From Patellaria atrata CBS 101060 (Eukaryota), in contig MU006095.1 of assembly GCA_010093705.1 (NCBI GenBank), positions 1,157,016 to 1,221,015 of the forward strand: a stretch of DNA of 64,000 nucleotides. Reading direction: 5' to 3'. Positions 25,881-37,735 of the stretch are shown here, piece by piece. Under the pieces are notes generated by a model. The model was not told where the DNA came from. It was given only the letters and a program-made list of their open reading frames with translations, and searched no databases. The position numbers and the translations under genes were made by a program. Each line of letters opens with the position of its first letter. Position 1 is the stretch's first letter.

Positions 25881-26503
25881 TCATCTCCTCTTCTTCACCT
25901 CGGCACCCCCTTCTTCATCCCTCTTTCTCTCTTCCTCTCTAGCCTTCGTTCTCACCTCCTCATCATACCTCTTCAACCGCTCCTCATCCATGACTCTTCT
26001 TCCCTGCTCATCCAACCCCCACCACTCTCTATGGAACTTCTCCTGTTCCACCCTCTTCCGCTCTTTCTCCTCTCGCTCCGCCCGCCGCTGCTCTCGCGTC
26101 GCAAACCACTCTTCCCGCGCGATATCCTGATTCTCCCGGGTCGCGTGCAATATCATGCATTTGTTCATAGAGAGCCGTTGGGCGCGGCAGGCCCATGTCG
26201 CGCTTATCGTGCGGTTGAGGGCGCAGGAAGCGAAATCTAGGACGGGTCAGTTTGAGGATTACTTGAAATATTTGGGCAGGATTTGGGGAGTCGTTGGGAC
26301 TCTTCGGAGAAGATGCTGTTTATCGAGGATTATAAAGGAGTGGTATCCGTACCTCTGATTTCATCCGCGCATATCGTACGCACGCGCTTGTAGTATAGTT
26401 CCCGTACTTGTTGCTCCTGGCCTGCGGAGAGCGGGATGGGGTTTCGTGAGGGGAGGGAGGTGTGGGCAGCAGCTGTGGGGGAGCTAGAGCTCGTGGACGC
26501 CAT
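25881..26503 (-). CDS. Cmc1-like twin-CX9C mitochondrial protein
   Basis: Spliced ICADEIR|DFASC...WACRAQRLSMNKCM (CX9C pairs) followed by a coiled coil. Confidence 0.8.
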
Positions 26504-26918
26504 GCGGGGTGCGAAGCTCATCGAGTTTGATCTCAATGACTCGTAGGTGGTCAATGAGGGCTCGATGTGTAGGTTGTGTATGACGGTTGGAGGTTGTTTG
26601 TGGACCTGGACCTAGAGCTTTGATTAAGCACGGGAAGCGCTGCCGCGGAGTTTTTGCGCGCGGACCGAGGTGGGACGACAAGTGAACGTCTGATGGGACG
26701 GCAGTTGTGAGTATACCTTTATTCGAACTTGTATTTGTATTTCTCTTCTTTTTCCTATTTTTTCATATTTGGGGACCTGCTCAAGTTTAACTCAATTACT
26801 ATCAGGAACAATATTCTACCGGTTGCTTTTGTCTAGTTCTGAGCTCTTCTTCTCATCATCATTTCTTCACTTATTTCAAGATTTGAGATTCCAGCTTGTG
26901 ATACACCTTTGTACCAAT

Positions 26919-27761
26919 ATGAAGATTCAGGACCGTACTTTCATAGTGACAGGAGGGTAGGCACGATGATATATACGACTACACAACCGACAATTAACAG
27001 ATATCAGCGCCTCGGGTCTCGGATTAGCAACAGCCAAAGAGCTCCACAAAAATGGCGGCTACATCTCAATCATGGACATGAATTCCGAGGCTGGCGAAAC
27101 CCTAGTCAAAGAACTCGGCACCGAAAAAGCCAAATTCTTCGAAGTAGACGTCACCAAAACCGAGAGTATCCAAACCGCGGTAAACGAGACAGCGCAATGG
27201 ACCAAGAGCACGGGAATAGAGTTAGGCGGCGTCATCACTGCTGCAGGTGTTGGTTTCCCCGGCAAGATCATCGATAGGCATAATGAACCTCTCGCGATGG
27301 AGTCCATAGATTTTGTACTCAATATCAATCTAAGGGGAACTCTCGATACTATCCGCCTCGCTCTTCCGCATATGACACAAGTCACACCTACCCATCCCGA
27401 TGGCGAGCGTGGAATCATCGTTATGGTAGCATCGTCCGCTGCTTTCGACGGCCAGCCGGGCCAGGTGGCTTATGCAGCATCAAAAGGGGCGGTGGCATCA
27501 ATGACGCTACCCCTGACGAGGGATATCGCTCAGTACGGCATTCGAGCTGTTACGATTGCGCCAAGTTTGTTCGAGAGCAATATGACGAAGTTATTGTCGA
27601 ATAAGGTGAGGAAGAGTTTAGAGCGCGTGATGGAATTTCCGGTCCGAGCAGGCAAGGCGGAAGAGTTCGCGGCGCTGGTGAGGCATTGTATTGAGAATTC
27701 TATGCTGAATGGGACGGTGTTGAGATTAGATGGAGGGATGAGAATGCCTAGTAAGTTATAA
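26919..27761 (+). CDS. Short-chain dehydrogenase, HSD17B10-like 3-hydroxyacyl-CoA dehydrogenase, with PTS1
   Basis: TGG|ASGLG Rossmann motif, YAASK catalytic motif, ends SKL. Confidence 0.92.
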
Positions 27762-28069
27762 GATGCAAATAGAATGAAATTATGGAGTGACGTTGAACTC
27801 ATTCATTTCCTTCCCTATTCGAATCTTTTTGTCTGCAAAATATAAGGTAAGAAATAAGTAAACCCATGGTCTAACAAGGCTTTCGCTGTAATATTCAATA
27901 ATTGATTGTGAACCTGTTTGGTATGAAGCAAGTAGACGTATTTTAAAATCTCATAGTAAACCCTTTCATACCTTATCTAGGTGCAAATTTTAACTCTTCC
28001 TTAAGATATACGTGATGATATTAGAAGCAGAAAGAAGCAGAGAAAACAATTAGCATAAAAAAATTAAAA

Positions 28070-28250
28070 AAAAATTGCAAAACAATGAGCCCCGTAGGAC
28101 TTCTTGAACCCCCCGGACGAGATTTTTGCTACCGCTACTCCATTGACCTGAGGTTTACCGATAATCCCGCCCGGAGGGAGTTTCGAACCGCCGACGTTTG
28201 CGTTTCGGGGGGGATCGTAGTCAGACTACCTGACCGCTCTACCATTGTTA
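28070..28250 (-). ncRNA. Unidentified ~170-nt Pol III-type structured RNA
   Basis: A box TGGTAGAGCGG, B box GGTTCGAAAC, closing stem AACAATG/CATTGTT, cUACGg tetraloop hairpin, downstream T-run. Confidence 0.65.
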
Positions 28251-28937
28251 ATTATTATTTGGTCACCTTCTTGGTAAATATAGGGAATAGGCGTGGGGGA
28301 CCGGAAAGGGGGTATAACGTGCGCTGTTGTTACTGTTTCGCGGTGGCCGGGATTCATTAGGGTGAGAGGAATTGCAACTTGCACAGTGACTCCTGGTAAA
28401 TTTTGAGCGGCATTTCGGCTACGAGGGAGGGTTTTTCCCGTTTCCTAAGTTGAGGATGCATGTTTCTTGATTACTGACGTCACTCAGGGGGTATTTTCTC
28501 CTATCTACTCTTCATCTATGGACGATTACAGCTATATCCTAATCTCACTCTTTATCCATCACCGATAAGTCCACTTAAGAAATGAATCCCGCATAACTGA
28601 CGGCCTTTAGAATTCCCGTTCAAAAGGAGCCTCAGCAGTGGGGATGATGATACAACTCTAAAAGAGGAAGACGGTGAATACGAATAGGCATCGTTCCCAC
28701 TTCTACAAACTATTGTCTCGTAAAGAGTAATGAAGCTTTGGAGAAGTAGAGCTGGTCGATCCTACAGTAACAAGTAATGACAGTTCAGACGCGAGACTTT
28801 TGAAATATTATCATTTTCTACTAAATAAAAGTATAAAAGTCGACTACGTCCCCATCTTAACTGAGTAAATCAGAAAATAAGAACCGATTTCATCAGGTCT
28901 ATGAATTACAAAGAAGAGTCGTTCATGATAGTCAAGC

Positions 28938-30950
28938 TCAAACTAGGACAAATGCTTTCAATTCCCTATCTACCATGTTATTCAGATCCTCAACCTCCTT
29001 TTGCAATAAGTCATCTATTTCCCTAACCCAGATTTCCCCGTATGCTCTTTTCAGTGACTCCATTGCTTCCCCATTCATGAAGCCATGAACGAAGCATCTT
29101 CCTATAAATTGATATCGCACTCGATTCGGTTCAACGCTCGACGAGTCGCACCTTCGGAGGACAAAGGGGGTCGAACTTCCCAGAGCAATGCAGATGATGT
29201 CACTTTCCTGGGCCATACTCGGACCTTTCGCGAAATATCCTTCAGGTGTGACAGAGAACCTCCAGCCTGGCAAGCGACCATTCAACACCGACCGACGTCT
29301 TCAATATTTCTTCTGTCAGTGCCTCAGACCTCGATGTTTCCGAATAAGCTCCTTTTGAGTGAATTAGCCAATCTTCGGTAGACCCACCAGTGGCCAGTAA
29401 GGTTTTCATGAAAGCAACTAGTATAGGTTCACTGGTTGGCTCGTATGTTTCTTTTCTGGGTAGAAGAGAGCCCCATAACTCAGCAGCGTCCTCTGGATCA
29501 ATTTCGAATCTGAAATCCTTTGGGTTAAGTCGTAGGTTCGATCCGGACTCTCCCACAGAATCTAACAATATTCCCTTAATTGTCAGTTCACCCGGGAGTT
29601 CCTCTGGGCTGCAGTTTGATGCAACTGAACTTAATGCGGAGCAAGTCGTAACAGATTGGCCATCTGCATTTCAGCAACTGCGTAACTTTTCCCATGGCCT
29701 ATATGGATTAGCAAGATCTATCGCAGCAATAGTCAGCATTGAGACGCGCAGAGGTGATTTGCGATTAGCTGGAACATTGTCTATAATGTCAACGCTGTCA
29801 AGGTATTCGTTAAAGTCGGGAACCCAGCTTGGAATACCATTAGTATGTTGGCGTTTTTATATTGTGGATCTGCTTTAGATAATCGAGACAGCGGATCTTT
29901 GGAGCGCGATGTGCGATAACAGATTTCAAGATGCTCCCGTAGAGGGTTTGAAGCGAAAAGTTATAGTCCACAACAATGGATGGGCATACCTGCGAGATAT
30001 TTAACAGCGAATAAATCTTGTCCTAAGGTAGTGCAGCTCGGCGACGTTGGAATTGCCATAGTAATTGATTCATCCGATATGGATCTTCTTTCTTCCGCTG
30101 CTTAAGAATTTCTGCAATGATCCTTACCCTGATTCATATTGGAAATTTCGGTAATGATCCCCGCTGGTATATCTTCGCCGGTCATTCCACCTGCTTCAGA
30201 CTGCTAGAAATCCCATATTTTGGAGAAAAGGTTTGGGAGAGAGCGTCTTTGTGAGCTATAAGGACTCTCAAAAGGGATATTTATGCGGTCATGAAAAAAC
30301 CATACTGTCAGAAAGCGAAGCATAAGGTATCTCCACCCCCTGGTATAAAACACAAGCTTGCTATCCAGAAAATACCTCCTGCACTACCCAAACCCTCGTC
30401 CACCAAGTCTGTGCAAAGACACCTTCCCAGTATGCCTTTGGGGGTTGCACCGTCACGTTGCCGAGTGGAAACATCCATAAGCCAAACCCATACCCATTCA
30501 GCACCAGAATAAACCCGGTGCATAATCTTCACCTGCTCGTTCCTTTCCTCTATATCTTCTTGATTGATACATATAGCATCTGCCCATATCCTGAACCTAT
30601 CGGTTCGTTTATGGGCGCGAAGATAGCGCATGGCATCTGCCAGATTTTTAGTCACCTCAAGCTTGTTTCTACCACTGTACAGGTCATCTTCTCTAGGACG
30701 GTTACCGTTAGTGACTACCATGTCTTTGTTCGAAGGATCTCCCCAAATGTAAGACAAAGCATGGGATGTTGGAGCATCCTCAAGAGAAACCGTCTCTAGG
30801 TTATAGAGTAGCGGATCCGAATCGTATTCACTTGCCAGAAGTGTGATTAAACGTGTTTGCCTAGAAGGATCTGGTAGGGCGGAGTAAGCGTACTTGGGAA
30901 GGGTGTTAGGCAGGCCATCTTCAGTAGGTTCAAAAATCCGCTCGCCATCT
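28938..30950 (-). pseudogene. HET-6-like heterokaryon-incompatibility gene, disrupted
   Basis: HET motifs ALSYIWGD, IWADAICINQEDIEERNEQV, PSWVPDF and FIGRCFVHGFMNGE; in-frame stop before DKIYSLL, frameshifts, and no ATG in the HET frame. Confidence 0.8.
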
Positions 30951-31819
30951 CTTAGGTGACCAGCTCGGACCGAGAAAGTGCAGGAATCACTATTATACAG
31001 TCATTAGCGTACTCGATCGACCACGTACCAGTCTCAGATTCAAGTCAGCTACTAAACAAGAGATATCAGCTTCTGGATAAAATGAAACAGCTGTATTTGA
31101 GCTGAACTAAACCTGTAGGGTGCGCTAACATAATAGGATAGAACTATTGGTTACTGTCGAAGGAGTAGTCTTGAGCAGTTGACAGTAATTCTATCTCACC
31201 AATTCAACAGTAGTATGAAGAAACATCAATTATCAGGTTATACCAGAGGACGGTTTATCCGCATCTCAGGAAAAATACTACGGTGATGGTGCTAGCGAAA
31301 GGAACTGAGAGACGGGCTATGCTAGAATTTAGCAACAAGCCTAGAGGAATAAAGATACGAAAAGAATATGTTAGTCATATCCTGACTGGATGTCCTACCC
31401 GAAACATCTCCTATGCCACGAGCTGTGCTAGTATTAAGTATCTAACATATGGTTGTCCTATTAAGAACTGTTATTTCTACTTTACCCGTGAGTCCAAGAG
31501 GCAGCAAGTTCAAGAAATCCAAAAAAAAGAATATAGTAGAACTGAGTATCTACGAAGTGGAAAGATGATGTTGATATTGACTAAGATCTGATATTGCGCC
31601 AGATAGCGCTAACTCAAAAGCTCTAAATTGACCCCTTTGACCCTCCGCAACGAATTCTACTTCATTAAGATCGGAATATCTGTTGATAATTCTAGATATA
31701 GAACTGCGTGATGCAAGCTTTAGGACTCGTGAGAGTTTAACGAAACATAATTTTAGAATACGGATTTAAAGGAAGCTACACCTCTTAAGGCAGGGCGAAC
31801 TCATAAGGTAATATATCAC

Positions 31820-32530
31820 GGTCACTTATAGTGAAGTGACAGTGCAGTCTCAAATTGTCAGGTGAGAGACCGTTAGCCGTATAAGCAAAACGTTGTCGCA
31901 TACATTGGGCTTAATCGACACTCACATTTCAGATGGAGCAAGAAAAGGGGTATGGTGCGAAATGTCGTACAGCCATTCAAACAAAGTAAGAATGCGGACA
32001 TGGACGAGTCAAGGGTCCAGCTAGCGATACCGTACGGCTAGAGGAATCGTTCTTGGAAAGTGCTCCGTCAGCCTGCCACACAGGTCTTTCGCGGAACGGA
32101 GGGGCTGAGGTTCACATGTACTGCGGTTCGGTCAGGGTGAAGAAGTGACGGTGCAGACTTTTGGCTGTGGACTCAACAACTCGGCCGTGCGGGTACACTG
32201 TGAGAACCTATAGTTGGATACAGTGGCATCGGTGTGTCGGTCAGCTTTCGCAAAGTGCGTGAGAAGCGCCGTTAGCGTGAAAAGCCTTACAACCCAGCTA
32301 GCGAAGAAAAGGTATGTCATCTGCTGGTGAGTGGAAGACAGCTAATCCTTTTTTCGATACTGCCGGGTTAATCTGCGGGACAGGTACGCGGGTAAAGTAT
32401 AGATGTGTTCTTATCGTAAGTGCTATACGGCTCAGGCGGCAATGTAGCTGTGAGACCTAATGTTATTCAGTTGCAGACAGTTCCATGTAGGATATAGTGA
32501 AAGATATAGTCTCGAGGGATAGACTCTAAA
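31820..32530 (+). other. Large structured non-coding element of unknown class
   Basis: Nested long-range helices 31847-52/32451-56, 31875-87/32421-32 and 31919-36/32317-33; T-loop-like motifs. Confidence 0.55.
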
Positions 32531-32623
32531 GATATATCTCACACACTCTGGGAAGGGCTGGTTGTGGACTTTACATATATATACTGATAGACCTCAAGTC
32601 CGTTCATCAACCTCCATCTCTTT

Positions 32624-34155
32624 CTATCCCTGACCGTTCGTACTTCGCTTTTGAGAAAATCCTAGACCTTTCCCGCCAGTCCATATAGCGGTCTGTTGCC
32701 TCTTAATCGGTGACAGTGCATCCTGCTCTCTTCCCCCGTCAGTCCTCTTATCTTCCAAATCAACAGTCTGAGTCTCATTATCGGCCATTTCTTCCCTGAT
32801 CGCTCGGGTAGGTGAATCAATCGTCCTTGCTCTCTTTCGCGCATCATGTTGGTTCTTCCATTTCCTCGCCACCCCGTGAGCACTTGTGATACCAGAAAAG
32901 CTCGTTCGGCCGGAACTGCGAAGCTTCCGCCAGTCGACACGCTTGACGGGAAGTTTCGAATCCTTCGCTGCTTTAGCAAGTGCTCGAGAAAGAGTCTTGA
33001 TCTCTTCATCACTAAGGCGGGAGACAGTGAGAGGAAGACTTAAAGTTAGCAATGAGCGAGTCTGGTCCTGGATGAACTCTCTTCTGCGGTCCTCAGGAGA
33101 GTTTTTGAGGGGTCCTAGTTGGATATGGCGGTCGTAACGTTTGAAGCGGGACCATATCTGGGATTGAAATTTCTTGCGCGCCTCTTGGACGTTGATACTT
33201 TCGCATAGTTGGCGGGTCGTAAATTGGCCCCCCTCCGATTCCTCGAGTAGTTTTGACAGGGATGTGATGAGGGCACGGGTGAACGATTTAGGTCCCGGAG
33301 CCTGGGTGGGTTTATCGTGCCCGCTAGCTGTTAGCATCTCGTATGTTCGTGGATCCTGGCGTTGAACATTCTTGAAGATGTTGCTCGCGTAGCAACAGTC
33401 AAAGATGCTCAGCATGTCGCAGTCTGAATGTTCGATAAGGGAGTTCTCCGCTCGATTCCATACTGCAAAAGCAGGATGTGCGTCTACTGGTATCTCGTCA
33501 ATGTCCGATGAACTAAACGATCAGTTTCGTCGTTCTATGAGACCAGGCGTTGGTCCTTACGCGTGTAACTTCAGTTCTTCCGTTTTGTAAGTGAAGCTTC
33601 CGTGCCCGGTGTAGTACACGATCAGGAGATTGTGTGGACCATTATGAGCGTCGACGAAGTTAATCAGCCCCTTTTCGAGTTGCAGTTGCGGCCGAGCTCT
33701 TGGGGTGTCTGTATTTAACTCAATCACTTCGATAGAGTAATGAAACTTTGCCTCGAAGAGTTCTTTAAGCTCTTTGACCTAATCAAAGTAAATATCACTC
33801 CAAATATGTCAAGAAACAACTGGTAACATACCTCTTTGCTACACTCCAGTTCATCAATCGCGTCTGCCCACTTGATGATAAGAACAGCGACCTCCTGATA
33901 CCCTAATGGAATCTTCATTTCCGCACACATGGCCGTATTCCAAGATATCTGCATCTTCGAATTCTCTTCCTCGGTGACCAAGTCAGGTAACACAACATCG
34001 GGTCTCTCATGGTTGCCATTGGTTAGGCTTGGTTGCCTTCTTCGTGGAGATGTTGGTTCTATGGTAGCGGAACCAGAAGCTTCAAAATCGATCTTGCCGT
34101 CCTGTCCTTGCTTGGAAGACACTTTCAGATCAGTAGCCTTAATCATTGGAGCCAT
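32624..34155 (-). CDS. Caspase-like (peptidase C14 clan) protease, 3 exons
   Basis: YQEVAVLIIKW, LLIVYYTGHG (His) and LSIFDCCYAS (Cys) catalytic dyad, SFTRALI. Confidence 0.85.
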
Positions 34156-35510
34156 TGTGATTTTACAATATAGAACAATGTTTAATGCAGTGGCTAGGCT
34201 TCCATGAAGGATAGCCGCGTCTAATAGACATCAGAGTCTTCATAAGGCTGAGAAGGTAAGGTCAGTGGCCCCCTTCCCGTCTGATAGATCGTCCATCACA
34301 ACGGGGGCCAAATTGTGGAGCCAGGGGTCCGATATTGCTTGAAACATATCAAAAGCGGGTAGAAATAGCTGACCAAATGCTTGTTACCACCTTCTGGTCT
34401 CGTAGCTGACAACAGTATTATTGTTTCTCGCCTGCTGCCTAGAATTTACTTACTTTCGAGAGTTTCCGGTCAATAATTGAACGCATGTAAGCAGCTCAAC
34501 TCCAGAGGAGCGAATCTGTCGTCTGGCCAATTGTCTTCCCGCTAATGCAATAAGCCCCTCCAATTGGGGGCCAAAAAATCTTAAGACCCTCAACTAACAT
34601 CTGCACTCGTAGATGGCGCAGTTAAAGCATAGTGTCATTGAGGCCGTCCATAACATGGGGGTATTGCACCGCTCATAGCATGGGGCTCTTTAGGTCCGTC
34701 TATGACTCTATAATAAGGGATATACCTTTATGCGAATCCCAAGGCATAAGTAGGACCCATCTTACGGACGCCCGACTCATAACAATTTGATAGCCGTACG
34801 CAATTTATACATTGCTCCAAACATAAGCCTAGTGGACCTAGGCGAGACGAAACGCAATAGCGAGGCGAGATGACCGAAGCAAAGCTGAATGTAACCGCGA
34901 AGCATTCCATACTATGTTAGTTCTAGCTGACCAAAGGCATACAGATGTTCGAAGATGGAAACGAAATTTTAAAGTCATCGGTGGACAAAACCAAAGCGGC
35001 TCCTCCTGTTGGTGATAACCCTTTGCAGTGTGAAATGCATAGTCTGATGTGGTTTCCAGCTTCCAGCAGCCTACAAAAAAAACGAGCGTGTCGGCCTATC
35101 CATCATTGAGAACGGCAGAATCCTGACAAAAAAGATGGTGGTCGTGGAACCTGTGCCAATGAACGGTCAGTGGTGGTATCGGCTGAAGACCCCAGGCGCA
35201 ACAGTGAATTACAAAGACGAGCTGGGAGGGGACTTGTTTTCCGAGGGCAATCTTGTTGATTAGTTGGTTAGGAGACGATCGTCCGGCATGGACGGTTTTG
35301 GTGAGGCGGTATGGGCGCATTTTGCAGCACAGCCTCAGCAGAGGGGGTGTTATTGGGGGCTAAAGCGTAGCCATTTCAGTTCACCGGTGGCACAGGAAGG
35401 CTGTGAACTTTGTTGCTTATAGATCTCTCATAGCCGTCGGAGTTTTTTGCACAATAATTGATGATATCTTTTTCTTAACCAAAAGTTTTTTTGCCTTATT
35501 TTGCTTTGAA

Positions 35511-36858
35511 ATGATGGCTGCTGGTACGGCGTCCCTAACTTTTGTCGATGAGAAGTTTGACCCTTCAACACCAAGTACTGTCTCGACAGGCGTCTTCGAG
35601 AAACGTTACAATTATGACTGCGAAAATGGAACAGTCACCAGTCCACCAGTAAAAAGTTTTTGGCCCCAGCCCCCAAACTTCCGAACAGCTTTTTTCTAAC
35701 CGCTAGATAGAATCGTGGCGCTCGAGAATAACAATGTCAAGGGAGCCGAATCCCGATCTCGATACAACTTCTTTAATTACCAGAACGGTGGAAGATAGTC
35801 CCAATGGCTATCCTCGCCTGGCCGAATTTTTCGCTAGTGATCACAGTTTCAGTTGCTATCGGAGCTTTGGATATCTTCATGCTCGTGTGCTTCTCAATCT
35901 CCAAGATAAGATCGCTACCTTAGAGCGAGAGCTTGACAGAAGAGACAAAGCTACGAATGATTGTGGTGACGGAATTCGTCTTCAATCTCGTGCTAAAGAC
36001 ATGAAGCTAGACGCAAATGAAACTCTGGAGTTCCAGGAGCGTAGAGAGTATGCTAAAAAACGCAAAGCAGCAGCGCAAACCGAAGAGCAAATCGAAGCTG
36101 CAGATGCTGAGGTGGAAGAGATTGAAGATGAAATTCGAAACAATCGTCCTCGTGAAGAGATCATCGAAGAAATCCGCGTTACCCTAATGAAGTACGATGA
36201 AGTCCTCGTAAAAGCGAGAGATCTCGTCGCTTTCCAGAAACCCTCGAATCGTGACTACGCTAGTATTCGAAACTGGATCTGCAAGAATAAACCTCTCATT
36301 GAGCGGGATCAAGAATTCGTCAAGCGCCGAGAAGATGTCTTATCTCTGCATAGTGGTCGAGAGTGGTCGGGCTTCGACGGTGCTATCGAATCGCTTCTGC
36401 TCAAGCTCGATTGTAAATTGATTAGGGTGAGTGATCCTCCACCTCCAAACCTGGTTTTCTTAATCTCATCTGTCTGTCATGATACGTGTCCTCTGGAATA
36501 TCGTAACTTACAGATCAAGCAGTGGATGTTTATAACGCCAGAACTCCGAAACAAAACTATGGATGACTCTGTCCATTATTATAGCCGCTCCCGAGTAGAC
36601 ATCTTCGTTGGATTGATCATCACTATAATCATTTTCATTCTCCTGATCTTGCCTGTAGTGGCCATGTATCGATTGACCGCAATGAGCACTTCTCCTAATT
36701 CCACTTTCAACGCCATCGGCGTTCTCGTTGTATTTACTCTCCTGTTCTCTGCAGCTATGTCTCTACTAACGAAGGCACGAAGACACGAACTCTTTGCGGC
36801 AAGTGCGGCTTATTGTGCTGTACTGGTGGTCTTCATCAGTAATTTCAGCACTGCTTGA
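35511..36858 (+). CDS. DUF6594-type protein with C-terminal transmembrane helices
   Basis: GYPRLAEFFASD...YRSFGYLHARVLLNLQD and ELFAASAAYCAVLVVF motifs; upstream exon 35511-35648 splices in frame to 35707. Confidence 0.85.
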
Positions 36859-37267
36859 ATGAGTCATCTTTCTGTAATAGTCTTTTGTAGATACCTTTTT
36901 TAATATTGAATACTTTCCTGGTGCATTCATCGACTATTGATCTCTATACAAAAGGTATGATGAATGTCGAAGAAGAAAATCTTAAGGTAGACTCGAAAAG
37001 ACCGTAAAAAAGGTATAAAATACTGTATGTCGTCTAACAAGGTAGTTTGTACTATACCTTTCCCTCTAGTGCTGTCAAATGAAGTAAGGAGACCAATATG
37101 TCCCTCTCTAGTCATGACGTTCCATCTTGCAGGGTCTCTAACTTTACTATCCAGGAAGGACACATGAAAGAAGAGAGACTTATGAAGAACAGATAAGGTA
37201 CATTTACAGTAGAGATGAAGTCGACTTTCAGTTAAGGTAAGTCGTGCAACTACTCCTAACCAATCAG

Positions 37268-37456
37268 TGTCACGATCTGGATCTATGATCGCAACAGCGG
37301 CTCGGCATACTACGGGTCAGCTAGTCGGCCCGAGCCTTGGCATGGGAAAATATCTCTCCCTTGATTGTAAATAGCTTTCTCTCCTCAACTTATTGTTCTT
37401 AGTCAATTGAGTACTGCTTAAGCCCATGCTACGTATCGAAGATACTCGCTGTGACA
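37268..37456 (+). mobile_element. Solo LTR (short family)
   Basis: TGTCAC...GTGACA termini, 5-bp TSD ATCAG on both sides. Confidence 0.9.
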
Positions 37457-37735
37457 ATCAGGATCATTCTCCCCGCCCCTAGGAAACCGCTCTCGCAGGC
37501 TGTAACTCGGCTGACGTGCGGAAAAACTCAGCTGATGTAGCCGAACCTCGGCTGACGTCGGCAAAACTCATCTAATACAGTAGTTTAGCCGACGTGCGGA
37601 ATAACGTATCGCCGGCCTTAGTAACTACCTTATGTCTCCTTTAATAAACTTAAACTTCTAACGTTAACTTATTCTTCCTATATGTAAATCTTAATTTACC
37701 ATTAATTATATTAATTTTTTTTTATTCAATTATAA

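Noticed and set aside
28081..28250. tRNA, RNase MRP or hammerhead call
   Set aside because: No D/anticodon/T arm geometry; only a GGGGCTCA end without the MRP CR-I motif; CUGACUA does not match the hammerhead core CUGANGA
32370..32530. Complete group I intron
   Set aside because: S-like and P-like motifs are present, but P3, P4 and P7 cannot be paired convincingly and there is no host gene
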